A stretch of 64,000 bases of DNA from NCBI GenBank assembly GCA_004431415.1, contig QPMI01000662.1, positions 62,001-126,000 on the forward strand. The letters are read 5' to 3'. Positions 1 to 12,798 of this stretch are shown here, piece by piece. Origin of the DNA: Cyanophora paradoxa CCMP329. Lineage: Eukaryota > Plantae > Glaucophyta. How positions within the stretch are numbered: the first letter of the stretch is position 1; the number at the start of each line of letters is the position of its first letter. Made by a program: the position numbers and the translations under genes. Below the pieces are notes generated by a model that was not told the DNA's origin, searched no databases, and worked only from the letters and a program-made list of their open reading frames with translations.

Positions 1-1932
1 CGGCGCCCGCGGCGCGTTGCTCCGCCTTCAAGCGATTCGATTCAGGTTGGCCGCGCGCCGGGCCTCTCGGTATCTCGCTAAGCGCGCTTCAGGAGGTCGA
101 GGCCGGCGGCAGCGGAGCGCAGGAGTCGAAAAAGGGCGCGGCGGGAGAAGAGCCGGCGGCCGGTGATGCGCCACAGGCCCCGCGGCGGCTACGAGTATCC
201 CTGAGGAAGCCACCTGCTGCGAAGCCAGCCCCAGGTTCGAGTGGCCCCGACTCCCGCACCCCAGATGCTCGGCAAGTCTCGCGCTCGCATTGACACTCGA
301 GGCGCGAAGCTGCACCGGAGGAGAAGACGGAGCGGGCGCCGAGGACCGTCCGTAAGGCGCGGGAGCCGCGGGCAGCGGCGGACCGCGGCGGCGAGGAGGC
401 GCGCGCGGAGTCTCCCGAGCGGAGACTGGCGCGGCGGGCGGGCCTCTGGAGCTCCCTGCAGCGCCGCGAGCTCAATTCGGGGGCACGCGCGTCGGTCGGG
501 GACCGCCTGGTCGCCCGAGTCGGTCCGCCCCCGCCGCCCCGCCCGCTGGCGCCGGCGCGACCGCCGGCCGACGGGCCGCCTTGCAGGGGCGCTGGCGCTG
601 GGGGTGGTGCTGGGGCAGGGGCAGGGGGATGGCGGGCAGGCGGCGGTGCAGCCGTACACGATCCACGTGGACGACGAGTGCGAGCTGCTGGCCGCCGGCG
701 GCGCCCGCGGCCTCGTCTCCCTTCACCGCCTCCCCGCCCCCTGCCGCTTCCCCGCCCCCGACGCGTACGGCGCCCTCCGGCCCGCCCCCGAGGACGCGGT
801 GCGAGCGAGCGCGCCGAGCGACGGACCGATCAAGCGGAGGGCTGACGAGCGGGCCAGGATGCGGAGGAGGCGCGGGAGGCTGCGGCGCGGGAGGCGCCGG
901 TGGAGGCGGTGGCGGTGGAGGAGGCGCACGAGCGGTGGGTCAGCGAGGTGCAGCTCGTGCGGCCGGCCGGCGGGGCGCCCCTCCTCCTCACCGCCTCCGA
1001 CGACGCCACCGTCGCCCTGTGGGACCTGCGCCGCGCCCTCGGTGCCCCGCCCGCCCTTGCCAAGAGTGGCCCCGCCTCACGCCCCGCGCGCCGGCAGAGG
1101 TGCCGGGGGCGGCGCTGCGGGCGGTGCAGCGGCTGCCGGAGCTGCACACGGCGGGGATCTACTCGCTGCAGGCGCACGGGGCGGGGGCGCGGGTGGCGAC
1201 CTCGTCGAAGGACGGGACGGTGGCCGTCTCGCGCCTGACGGCTGCCGGCCTCGTCCTCGAGCGCGCCCTCGGCGAGGTCCACGCCGGCGTCTGCAAGCGC
1301 GTCCGCTGGCGCCCCGGCCCCGGCCCCGACCACACCCTCGCCTCCTGCGGCAACGACAAGGCCGTCCGTGCGCCCCCGCCCCCGCCCCATCCCCCCTCCC
1401 TGCCACCCCGCTCACGGGGGGCCAGAGGTGCTGGACGTGCGGGCGCCGGAGCCCGTGGTGCTGAGGGTGCCGGACGCGCACTCGCTCGCCGTCAACACGG
1501 TCGCGTGGAGCCCCGCCCGCGACCACCTCCTCCTCTCCTCCTCCTTCGGTGCCCCCCGCCCTCCTCCCCGCGCCGCCCTCTCCGAACGCCGAGCGCGGCC
1601 CGCGCTTCGCAGACAACAACATCCACCTGTACGACGTCCGCATGAGCGGCGCGCGGAGCCGCCTCTCGGGGGGGGCCTTCCCGCTGTGCGCGGCGCGGGG
1701 CGGGCGGGCGCAGAGCATCCTCCACCCCACCTTCTTCCTGGGCGGGGGCGCCGTGCTGGCCCCCGTCGACCGCGCCCACCACCTCCAGCTCTTCTCCGCC
1801 GCCGACGGCGCCCCGCTCCAGCCCCTCCCCCTCGGGTACACCCCCTCCGCCCTCTACGCCCACCCCAGCTCCCTCCTCGCCGCCTGCAAGGGCACCCGCC
1901 TCGAGATCATGTACCCCGTCCTCCAGCCCTGA
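1..1932 (+). CDS. WD40-repeat protein, multi-exon, 5' end probably upstream of window
   Basis: Exons give WD repeats: AHERWVSEVQL..LLTASDDATVALWD; LHTAGIYSL..VATSSKDGTVAV; HAGVCKRVRW..LASCGNDKAVR; AHSLAVNTVAWSP..LLSSSF/DNNIHLYD. Stop TGA at 1930-1932. Confidence 0.85.
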
Positions 1933-2129
1933 TCCCCCGCCCCCGCATCTACGGATCGGCACGCGGTACCTACTAATCGCTACATGCGAAGCGGAATCTA
2001 CTGAAAAGAATACGGAGGGGATCGAGGCGCGGCGAGGCAATATCTGTAAACAACGGAGGGGAGAGACAGAGGACAGGGATAGGGGGGGGGAGACAGAAAA
2101 CAGGGGGAGGGGGGGGGAGGCGGGCGGGG

Positions 2130-4071
2130 CTACGCCCGCAGGAAGTAGTCGTCGATGATGACGGGGTCCTTGGAGCTGACGCGCGCCACCCACGCCAGGC
2201 TCGAGCTCACCGCGCCCCGCCCCTGCGCCCCCTCGCCCCCGCCCCCGCCCCCGCTCCATGCCCCGCCTGCCGTCCCGGCGGCCACCGCGGCCGACGGGGC
2301 GGAGCGGGCGGCGAGGAGGGCGTGCGCGTGCGGGGGCGGCCGCTGCACGCCGGAGGAGGCGAAGCGGGGGACGGCCGGCCCGTGGTCCGCCTCCCCTATG
2401 AAGAACTTCACCGCCGCGCCCCCGTGGGCGGGGGCGGCCGGCTGGGGCTTGCCGGGCCCCGGGGGCGGGCTGGCGGGGGGGCAGATCCAGGCGTCGCGGG
2501 CGTTGGGGCGGTTGGCGTTGGAGGCGAAGGCGGCGGCGCGGGCCGTGGAGCGCAGCTGGGCGAAGTGCGCGGCGGTGAAGTCGAGCTCGCGGCTGTAGGC
2601 GGCGCGCAGGAGGGGGTCCGGGTCGTAGGCGGAGCGGAGGAGGCGGGGGAGGAGGTGGAGGAGGTCGCAAGCGTCCCGGCAGGCGAGCAGCGCCCGCTCG
2701 TGCGTCTTGAGAGCCGCCAGGACGACCCGGTGGAGGACCTCGTGGCCGTCGAGGAAGAGGCAGTCCCAGACGCGCAGCGTGGTCTCGACGGGCATGGAGC
2801 CGACGAAGAGGCCGACGAGCCAGCGGGTGCACATGGTGCCGAGGGGCACCTGGAGGGCCTGCAGGTGGGCGTGCAGCGCGGGGAGCTTCTCCTGGACGAG
2901 CACCGTGAGCACGCCCTGGTCCGCCTGCAGGTCCTCCATCCCCGACGTGTAGTAGCGCGCCGGCATCACCCCCTCCACCAGCCGCACCAGCATCCAGAAG
3001 GCTGCCCGCGAGGCTCAGAGAGGCGCGGGGCGGCGGGGCCGGGCGGGGCGGGGGCGGGGGCGGGGCGGCGCACCCTCCTCCTCGCGCATGATGAGAAGGA
3101 GCAGGCCGCCGATGAGGTTGAGGCCCTGGCAGTACCCGATGTCGCTGTTGCGCGCCGCGTACGCCTGCAGCACCCGTCGCAGCGCGTCCTGCGTGCTCTT
3201 CGCCTCGAAGTTCGGGTTCTGCGCCACGCCGTGAGCGAGCGGCGCCGAGTGCGCGGGGCCGCGGGGCGGAGGGGAGCGGGCGCCGACCCCCGGGAAGGTG
3301 CGCTTCAGGTCCTTCTCGATCTGGTCCTGGAAGGGGAGCGACGGGTCCTGGCCGCGCTCGACGAGCGCCCGGTACTCCGCCTCCGGCCGAGCGGGGATCT
3401 TGTCTGCGGCGCCCCGGGTCGGACGCAGGCGCCGGGTCGAGTGGGGCGGCCAGCAACGCGCTTCGCACCGTCGAAACAGACGCGCCAGACCTTGAGCCGG
3501 ATGTCGGGGGGGATGCCGCCCAGGACGAGCTTCCTGAACTCCTGCGCCTGCCGCTGCGATGCGTGTTAGCGTTGGCCGCAAAGTCGCGTATGGCCTAGGG
3601 CCTCCGGCGCGAGCGCCGCCAGCAGCTACCGCCACTTGACGGGGGCGGGGCCCGTGTAAGCGGCTACGGACCTGTCCCTCGAAAGGCCCCATATACGCTG
3701 ACAATGCTCCAAGGCATGAGGCGGAGAGGCGCGGAAGGTGCGGTGCGGGAAGCGCCGGCGCACCTCGCGGCACCCGTTCCAAGAAGCGGATCCACTTCTT
3801 CCGAGCCTCCTGAATCTTCGGCGCCTGTGCAGATCGCGTCAGCCGATAGGCGAGTATCTTGCCGGTCGGCGCGTCGAAGGGAGACAAGGGGCGAGTGAAC
3901 AGCTAACGACTGCCAACTAGCACGCTCGTGTGAAGGACGCACCATCTGGGCGGCGACCCTCTTTCCATCTTCCGTGAGGGTAAAGCCGAGCGCGTCGCGC
4001 TCGGCGAAGCTGAACAGCGACGACGCTGAACCCGATGCGGAGGACGCCGGTTCTAGCGGGGCGTCCTCCAT
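2130..4071 (-). CDS. TBC-domain Rab GTPase-activating protein
   Basis: RDALGF N-terminal motif, LVLGGIPPDIRLKVW, QIEKDLKRTFP (Arg finger), IGYCQGLN (Gln finger), AFWMLV, TLRVWDCLFLDG. Confidence 0.92.
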
Positions 4072-4378
4072 GACCGTGTTTCAACGCCTCAGGCTCCGCG
4101 GCGCTGCTCGACCCTCAACTCGATGCCCAGACGAGTACCCCCCTTTCCACTCCCCCCCCCTCCCTGCACCGCTGTGCTAGCGTTAGCTGCGCGCGGCCCG
4201 CTCAAGCTGGCTCTAGAATCGATGTCAAGTGCATGTTCGCTTCGCCAGTGCCACGGTGCTCGCGGTGCCAGCGCACGCGAGTGCGCTGCCTTGCGGCCGC
4301 GGCCCTGAGCTTAACTTCGAGCGCTAGCATTGCCCCTGACGAACTGCAGCTGAATGCCGATAGATGAATGATTATATG

Positions 4379-6585
4379 CTAGGAGGCTTCGGAGAGCCAG
4401 GGGTGGCCGAGGATCAGCTGGATCGACGGGCGGTCCCTGGGGTTCGGCTGAAGGATCCCCTGGAGCAGGTTCTGGGCGCTCTCGGAGAGCTTCTTCCCCG
4501 CGAAGATCAAGGCGATGTCGGCCCTGGACGGTTGCCCGCGTCAAGAACAGGCCGGGCGCTCGATCGAGGCGGGCAGCTCCAGCGCACGGGATGACGGGCT
4601 GCCCGAAGCGGCTCTCCTGGAAGGGGTAGTTCCCCGTGAGCATGAGAAAGAGCATGACGCCGATGGTCCACACGTCCACCGCCTAACCCCGGCCGCACAG
4701 CACGAATCAGCCCGCAGCCTGGCAGCTCGGCGTGCTATGAGTCAAGAAGCAGGAGCGAGAGGCCCACCTTGCCGTCGTATTGCGCGGCCTGGAACACCTC
4801 GGGCGGAGTGTAGCTGGGGCGACGTGGTAAGGGAGCGGAGCCCGGAGGGCGCGGAGCGGGGGCGCTCACAAGGCGCTGCCGATCGCCGTCTTGAGCTCGC
4901 TGCCGACGGAGCGGCTGAACCCGAAGTCTGCGGGGGCGCCGGCGGTCGGCGGGGGCCAGCGGGGGCGGGGCCCGAGGGGCGGGGGCACCGATGAGCTTGA
5001 GGGTGCCCGTGGTGGGGTCGACCATCACGTTCTCCAGCTTCAGGTCCCTGCCCGCCCCGCCCCTGAGCCGCCGCCCGCGGCTGCCGAAGGGAGCCCTGAC
5101 TCCTAGCCCCTAGCGCCCTTGGCTTGCCTGGCGCCTCATCGGGCTCGAGCCCTAACTCCTAGAACAGGACCCCTAAAATGCGAAAAAGCACCTGTGGCAC
5201 ACGCCGGCGGTGTCGTGCATGTAGCGCACGGCTGCGGGCGCGTCACGGCGGTGCTCGGGCGCCCCGCGAGATGCAGCGGGGCGGAGGACCTTCTGCGATC
5301 TGCCGGAAGTAGCGCCGGGCGGTCGCCTCGTCCAGCGCCGAGCTCGTCTCTGAGGGGCGCAGGCCGGGTCAAGCCCAAGCCGCCGAGGCGACGGGGCAGG
5401 GTGCGGACCCAGGGCGATGCCGGCGAGGCTCGCTCCGAAGGACGCGTCGATCGCGAACGGCTGCGCCTTCAGGAAGGCCTGGACCTGCCCGCGCGGGCGT
5501 CGGGCGGGGAGGCCAGCCGCAGGGGGCCCCGCAGCGGCGCACCGACTGGAGATACGCGCACTTCAGCGCCCACGCCGTCTCGAAGCTCGCCGCCTTGTCC
5601 GACAGGTCGTTGGGGGGGTACACGTCGACACGGACGGTCGCCTGCCCGGCGGCGACTGCGATGGGCACGTTGACGCGCTGCGGGGCCACCTGCGCACGCA
5701 CGGCGCATCTCAGAACGATAGGGGGCGGCAGGAGGGGGCCGGGGGCCGGGGGCGGCGGACGCGAATGAACGAGGCGACGGCGCGGCGGAGGGCGTCGGAG
5801 AAGGCGGGGGTGTAGCCGCCGGCGGGAGGGTTCACGGCGAGCTGCATGACGAGCTTCGGGCTCGAGATCTGAGGCCTTGTGAGGCCACGCGGCCCGCGGG
5901 GCTCGAGGGGCGGGGCGGAGCAGAAGAGGCTGCAGTACTAGTGCACCTTGTCGAACAGCTCGGTCCCTGGTAGAAACAGCCCGCGGGCCGTAAGGGGGCG
6001 AGCTGCTTTACAGCGCGTTGAATGGCGCACCCTCGACTCGTTCGAGGACGATGTACGCCTCCTGCTGCCCGGGCTGGCCCTCGACGAAGCGGTCGATGAG
6101 CTTCATGATGTTCGGGTGGTCGAGCTTTTGCAAGTTCTCAACTTCGCGCCGCAAGTACTCCGTATCAACGTGCGAGACATCGATCCGCTTGACCGCCACG
6201 CGCGCCCCGGTGCTCCTCTGCACCGCGTCGAACACCCTGCCGGCGACACGCGCGGCGCGTCACGGCAATTCGAGCAGCTCAAGATGCGATTGGAACAGGC
6301 GCACTCTCCGTAGGTGCCAGCCCCTACGCGCTGGCTGTTAGCTAAGGTGACAGTTAGGGACGAGAAGCCGCGCTCACCGAGACGCCAGCCAAGCACGTAC
6401 TCTTCATTGCGGATAGGCTGAAGCGATGAGCTCGGGGTCGTGGCCGTAGAAGAGCCCGACGTGAGCTCCTCATGAAACGATGTGCTGTGACCGCATCCCG
6501 CTGTTGCGCACTTCCGTGCTGTCAGATTTGATGCGCACTGCTGGCATTCACACTTCGGATATCGGCAGCGGCCGCTCTGCAGCAT
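4379..6585 (-). CDS. CAMK-group Ser/Thr kinase with N-terminal Cys/His finger and large alphaD-alphaE insert
   Basis: GAGTYG, VAVK, REVENLQKLDHPNI, GTELFDK, ARRYFRQIAEAVRYMH, CHR/DLKLEN, DFG, YTPPE, DVWTIGV, RPSIQLILGHPW. Stop at 4379-4381. Confidence 0.88.
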
Positions 6586-6953
6586 TCTGCATGCACGTCA
6601 CAGCTGAGTCACCTGACCGTGCTGCCCTACCCCTGCCGCGAAACATCGTACCCGGCTCGAAAGCGGCGCAGGTCTACCCCTGCTCGAACAGTGTACCCGA
6701 TTATTATTACAGTTAACACATACATCCAGGGGGAACAGCCAGTGAAAGGGCAGGTGAGAGCCGGATCGGAAAGAGGCTAAGCCGAGTTTGAAGGGCGAGG
6801 AGCACAGGGAAAGAGGCGATTGGAGGGGTATATCTTAGTATGGCCGTCTGACGGGCATAGGCACAGGGGCAGAAGCGATAAGTTCAGGGGTCGTAGGAGG
6901 GGCAGTGGAGCATAAGCTCGAAGCGCTAGAGCGCGCGGGGTGGGCAGCGGGGG

Positions 6954-7978
6954 TCAGACGTCGACGTAGTTGGAGGCCTCGTGGTCCATGGCGGAGGGCG
7001 CCGGCTCGTAGAGGGAGAGCAGCCCGTGCACCGCGCCGTGGAGCTCCGCCTGCCGGGGGAGGTGAGAGGGGCTCCCGCCGCCGGGCCCGGGCCCCGCGCA
7101 CCCGCACGTCGGCCGCCGTGACGCCCTGCAGCCGTGCGTGCTGCACGCCCTTCTCCTCGCTCTGCCGCGCCGCCTCGGCGGCCCCGCGCAGCGGGCGAGG
7201 GGAGGAGGGGCGGACCCGCTTGAAGGTCATGGAGATGCGACCGGCGTTCTCGTTGGGCCACGCGTTGCGCGAGAGGCGCAGCACGAAGGTCCCCGCCGCC
7301 GCCCCCCGCAGCGCCGCGTCCGCCTCCTGCCGGCCCTCCTCAGCGGGGCGGCTGGAGGAGGAGGGGGCGGGGGGCGGGGGCGCGCGCCTCGAGGGTCATG
7401 AATGCATTGCCGAGGCGCGTGCGCCCGCCCGCCTCCTCGAACAGCTCCCGCGACTGCCCCGGCGTCAGGCGCAGGGGCGAGGAGACGGGGCCAGGGTAGG
7501 GCGCGGGGCACCCCGCGGTACACGAGGGCGGCGGGGCAGAGCCAGAAGACGAACTGGCGGCACATCGCTTCCGGGTACGCGTCCCGCGAGGGGAGGCCCG
7601 CTGCGGGAGGGCGTGAGCGGCAGCCGGGGGCGGGGCGGGGGCGGGGGCGGCGGGCGGGGGCTCGCCGTTGGCGAGGAAGCTGCCGAACTCGGCACCGTCG
7701 GTGAGCCCTGGGAGGTCGAAGGCGGCGGCCGCCGCCTCCCGCAGCGCCCCCCGCGGCCACGTCCGCCCCCCCTGCCCCGAGCGTCGGCCGGGCGGGGGCG
7801 GCCTGGTCTCCAAGAGGGGGGCGGGGGGGCGCACGGCGGGCCCCGGCTGCGAGGGCTGCGCCAGGAAGCGCGCCCAGAGGGCGACGACGTCGGGGAGCAT
7901 GCGCAGCACGCGGTGCTCCCCGCTCTCCCGCGCGATCCTGCGCGGCCCAGCCCGTCAGGGGGCGGGAGCTAGACGCGA

Positions 7979-8027
<49 letters not shown>

Positions 8028-10007
8028 ACTGCTTGCGCACGCCCTCGACGAACGCCTCGATAAAGTCCCGCGGGCGGCCCGTCCGCGCGAAGTCCTCCGC
8101 GTACTGCCGCCCCGCCTGAGCCGGGCAGGCGGCCCACGCCGGGCGCCGGCGCCGCACCTGGCAGAGACGCTCGTCCCGCTCCTTGCCCTGCACCGGCGCG
8201 CTCTGCACGTAGCCGCTAACGAACCCCGAGATGACGGCGTCTGCAGGCGCGTCAGGTGCGGCGCCGGAGCGGGGGCGGGGCGGCGGGGCGCACGCTGGGC
8301 GCCCTGCAGGCGAGCCTCGATGCTCTGCAGCGCCGCGAGCGCCGCCGGGGCGCTCGGGCGCGCCGCCGGATCCCGGTGCCAGCAGTTCAGCAGCAGCTGC
8401 GGCGCCGTCAGCCACGTTGCGGGGCCGAAGAGCCAACGCAGCGGGGCCCACCTCGTAGAGCTGCTCGGGGCAATCGGCAGGGATCGGGTGCCGCGCCGCC
8501 CGGCCCTCCGGTGCAGCCGCCAGCGCGCTCGCGATCTGCGGGGGCGGCGCCGCATTAGGTTTCACGCCTTGGGGGGCGGGGCGGGCTCTGGGGCGGGCGC
8601 GCCTGGGCGGGGGAGAGGCCGTCGTAGGGGGCCCTGCGGGTGAGGACCTCGCAGCAGACGGTCGCGAAGCTGTACACGTCCGACGCCGCCGTGCACGGCC
8701 CCCCCGCGAGCACCTCCGGCGCTGCCCGGCCGTGAGGCGCGCGGAGCCCACGGGCACAGGGCGGGGCCGGCGGGGCGGACCCGTCCAGGGGAGGGAGCCG
8801 GGGGTCTCCGAGGGCGGCGCGGCCGCGCGGACGATGGCGGAGACGGCGGCGTCGGAGAGCCGCGCCGTGTAGCCCGTCTTGCTCCAGCTCAGCAGCACGT
8901 TCGAGCTCTGCGCCGACCCGTCGGGCCTCCCGGGGGCGCGGGGTGCGGCGGGCGGCGCGCCTTGAGGTCCCTGTGGGCGACTCCGAAGGCGTGCAGGAAG
9001 GCCAGGCCCTCGCAGACCTGTATGTAGGAAGGGGTGAGGGGGCGGCCGGGCGGGGCGGGGCGGAGTGCAGGTGGGGCACCTCCCGCATGAGCCGCACGCC
9101 CTCCAGCAGCGGCAGGTCGACCGCGCGGTCCCTCAGCACCCGCTGCAGGCTCGTGTCCATCGCCTCCTGCGCCGCATCGGTGTGAGGCGCCCAAAGGGGT
9201 GTGCAGCGATCGAGGCCGACCATCGCGATGCAGAGGGGCGCTTCCCGCGTGCAGAAGAGCTTCGGCTGCACGAGGCGCTCGTGCCTCAGACTGCACTGCA
9301 CGCCCAACTGCAAAATAGTTGAGGGTTAATGTTTGACGCACGCCCGACTTTTGGAGCCGCGCAAACCTCGTGCTGGATATCTCGCACCGCCGCCTCCGGA
9401 AGAGTCACAAAGATTTCCTTCGCCGCCAGGGGCTGTCCGAGGTACCTGCGGAGACATTTGATCAAACCTGAGAGTAAAAGCGCACCATGAGGCACGCACA
9501 CTGCCCGGGACACCTCGGCGTAGCTTCTGCGGGCAGCATTCGGCTCAGCCACGTGGGCGGAACTCGAGCTCTGCGAACGCTCACCCGCGACCTAATCTGG
9601 CGCTCCGATCGATGAGGAGATCCTTCCGATCTGCATGGGATGTTGATGGCCCAGCGTGAGGCCGGCCCGGGAGCCCGCATCCAAAGAAAGCAGCGTGCCG
9701 CACCGATCTCGCATCGCGCAGGATCAGCTGACGGCAAAGACGGGATCTGCTGCGCTCGTAGACGCAAAACCTCCAGCAGCTCGGGCCGCGGCGCATTCCA
9801 CGCAGGAGCTAGCATGTCGGTCAGCGGCGGCATATTGGACTTATAGCGAAGCAAATGATGCCACCGACCTTCCGTCGTCTCCATATATGGTGCTCGGGTG
9901 ACGCGGGTGAGAGTCCGGCCACCTGACACCGACCTGACACACCCGAATTCGAAATTGCGGTACCGGTCACGCGCAGCGCGGTTGAGTAGCTGCAGCCTCG
10001 GGCGCAT
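6954..10007 (-). CDS. Degenerate TKL kinase + helical linker + SH2 domain + Tyr tail (SHK-like); start uncertain
   Basis: LAAKE, VCEGLAFLH, AHRDLK/SSNVLL, SDAA in place of DFG, APE, SDVYSFATVC, CWHRDPAARP. SH2 core GTFVLRLSRNAWPNENAGRISMTFK..VQHARL. Ends ASNYVDV* (TGA 6954-6956). Confidence 0.8.
7980..8026. repeat. (GGC)n trinucleotide microsatellite, ~15 units, probably intronic
   Basis: Uninterrupted ggcggc run. Confidence 0.9.
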
Positions 10008-10088
10008 CTGGCTCGAACCTACGTTCGAAGATAAGCGGACGATTTGAAGCTAGCGAAACAGCGCCAGGAAGAAAGAAGGCTACCAGTC

Positions 10089-12798
10089 ATGCCGCCACGA
10101 GGCCTAGGGCCGCAGCGGCGCATGCGGTACGAGGTGGTCGGGGAGCGCCGTATGCCTTGCGGGTCACTTCTTCGGGTTGTCCTGCTCTCCGAGCACAAGA
10201 ACCCCCAGACGGGCGAAATCTTCTTCGTGGCGGGCCCGCAGGTGCCTTTGAGCGCATTGTTCTCATTTTAGCGCTTTCAGGAACGCCGTGACGCTCCCGA
10301 GCAGTCGAAGCAGGTCCTACTGCGAGTGGAGGTCAAGCCACGCGTCGGCTTGCGCGCGTCGGCTCCGCCGAAAACGTACATTGCCGAACTGCTAGACTCG
10401 AACGGCGCCGCGATGCAGACGTACACGCTCCAGCAGCAGAGCCAGAGGCGCGACGTAGTTCCACTGCAGACGTGGAAGGGGCAGGATGATTTTACCGGAG
10501 GCCCCGTGGTGCGCTCTCCCGTCTTCGCGGCCCGGTTCGCGTGCACGCGGCGCTGAACCAACTGCGGGGTGCACGTGGCAGACCGCGACGCTGTCGGAGG
10601 TAGCCGGGGAGTGGCGCTCGGCCAACGTGGAGTGCCGCATTGTGCCTCTGGCGAAGAGGCTCGGCTACTCCTCCCTCAGCATCCTCGTCCGCGCGCTGTG
10701 CACCCCGCCCGCCCCGTCGCAGCGCCGCCCGCCGCCGGACCCGAGCGGCGCCCGCCTGCAGCGACGCGAGCGTCCCTCCCGCGGACTGGTCCGTCCGCCT
10801 CGACGGGATCGTCACCGCGTCGAGGCACGACTGGGGCGGCGTGAGGGGCTGCCGGGTGCTCAAGCGCGGGCCTGAGGACGTGGACGAGGGGCCGCCGGGC
10901 AAGGAGCGAAGGATCGGGGAGGCGGGGGCCGACGCTGGGGCCCTCGCCGTGCTCCCTGCGGCCGATGCTGAGCTCCCGATCGCGATTCCGCTCGTCTGCT
11001 TCACCTGTGCGTACGTTCTCGAGGGAGAATCGCCCCCGCCCCCCTAACAGATCGATGTCGCGCAGTCACGGGAATTACCCGCACCATCCTGCCTGCAGGA
11101 AAGGCCCCGGCTCTGCTGCAGCTCTTCGTCACGCAGGTTCGGATCAGCCGCCTTGCCTTTCCCTCCGAAGCGCGGCGCCGAGAGGCCCCGCAGAACCCTC
11201 TTGGCGCACCTCTGCTCGGCGTCTGCATCAGCGCCTCTCTCACGCCGTGAGCCGTGCCCGCCCGCGCCGCCCGGCCCTCCCTGAAGCATCCCTCAGGTCG
11301 CCTGCGAATCCGAACGACTCGTCGATCGTGATCCCGTCGACTTCGATTTTTGCCGAACCCGTCAAGGACGGTGCCTGGGTGCAGAGGTGCCGCCCCAACC
11401 CCACGCGGGCCCCGCCGGCGCCCACCGCGGGGCGCAGCTTTGAGGTGGCGCGGCCGCCGGGGCTCTTCTCGCTGCTGGTGGCGGCGAACGGCGCGCTCGC
11501 CCCGATCACCGTCGACGAGGCCAGCCGGCAGGAGCGCTACGAGCAGCGCGTCGCCTTCTGTGCGCCCCGCGCGCTCTCCGCCCGCCCTTCCACGCCGCCC
11601 CGGCGACCCGCGCCGCAGGCTCCGTGAAGATTGAGAGCCCGAGCGCGGGCGCGGACGATATCCCCGGCCGCACGGTCAACCTGCAGATCGCCGTCGACGG
11701 GCCCGCCCCAGCCGCCCTAGGCCTTGCGCGCGCCGCCGACTCCCGCGCAGGCTCGAGGCCGCCCGAGCAGTCGGCGGCTTCCTCCGCGTCTTCCTCTCCG
11801 ACGGCCGGTGCGCGCCGGCTCCGGCCCCGCCCCTGCCGCGCCGGCCGACGCGGCGCAGCGTCCTGGACCGGCCGCTGGAGGCCGCCGCCGGCCTGCCGTC
11901 ACCTTCGAGCGCCCCGGCGAGCACTGGGCCAAGGCCCGCAGCGCCCCGCCCCGCCTCTGCGCCGCCGCTGCGCCGGCCCGGCCGACGGGGCTGCGCAGGT
12001 GGAGGTGGTCGAGGAGGTGCTGCAGCCCTTCGACGCCAGCGCGCGCATCGTCAGCGCCGTCCACTGGGACTCCGCGTGCGCCCCCCGCCCCCGCGCGCCC
12101 TCCGCGGGGGCCGGCGCGAGCCGCGGGCCCCGGGCGCTCGCAGGTGCGCGGTGGCGCTGGAGAACGGGGCGGCATTCGTCACCACCGCTCTGGACCGCAC
12201 CCTCCTCGAGGAGATGGGCGTCGCCAGCCAGCCCTGCGAAGGCGTCCCCCCTCCCTGCGCCCCCGCCATCTGCTCGCCCCGGGCGGACTTCGTGCTGGCC
12301 GAGGGCCTGGCGCCGGAGCTGGCGGCGGTGATGGCGAGCCTGCCGGCGCACATGGCGGCCCCGGCGCGCAGGGCCCCGCCCCATCCCGCGGCGCCTCGCT
12401 GCGCCGCGCCGCGAGCCGCGCGGCGAGCCGCGCCGCCCTCGACGTCGGCCAGGAGCTCGTGTGCGCGCCGGCCCCGCCCCGCCCGCCCGCCCCTCCCCGC
12501 GCCGGGCCGGGCGAGCGGGCGGTGCAGGCACGCGGCGACCGTGGGCGACGCAGACCTCATCGACCTGCTCTTCGACGACGCGCTGGCGGCCCCGCTCGAG
12601 CCGGCGCTGCTCGAGCGCGCCGCGACCGCCGCCGCCGAGGGCCACCACCCGCTCGCCCTCAAGAGCCTCCTCGAGCGCGGCGCCTCCCGCGCCGGCGCCC
12701 TCGAGGCCTGGCCGGCCTTCTTCGAGCCCCTCATCCCCGACGAGCTGCCCCGCGCCCTCTCCCGCTCCGCCAGCCGGCCCCTCGCCGCCCAGAACTAG
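10089..12798 (+). CDS. Hypothetical multi-exon protein: beta-rich N-terminal domain and C-terminal ankyrin-like repeats; middle exon junctions unresolved
   Basis: Coherent exons LLRVEVKP..YIAELLDSNG..CRIVPLAKRLGYSSLSILVRA..GIVTASRH. C-terminus HAATVGDADLIDLLF..AAAEGHHPLALKSLLERGA (ankyrin-like). Stop TAG 12796-12798. Confidence 0.6.
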
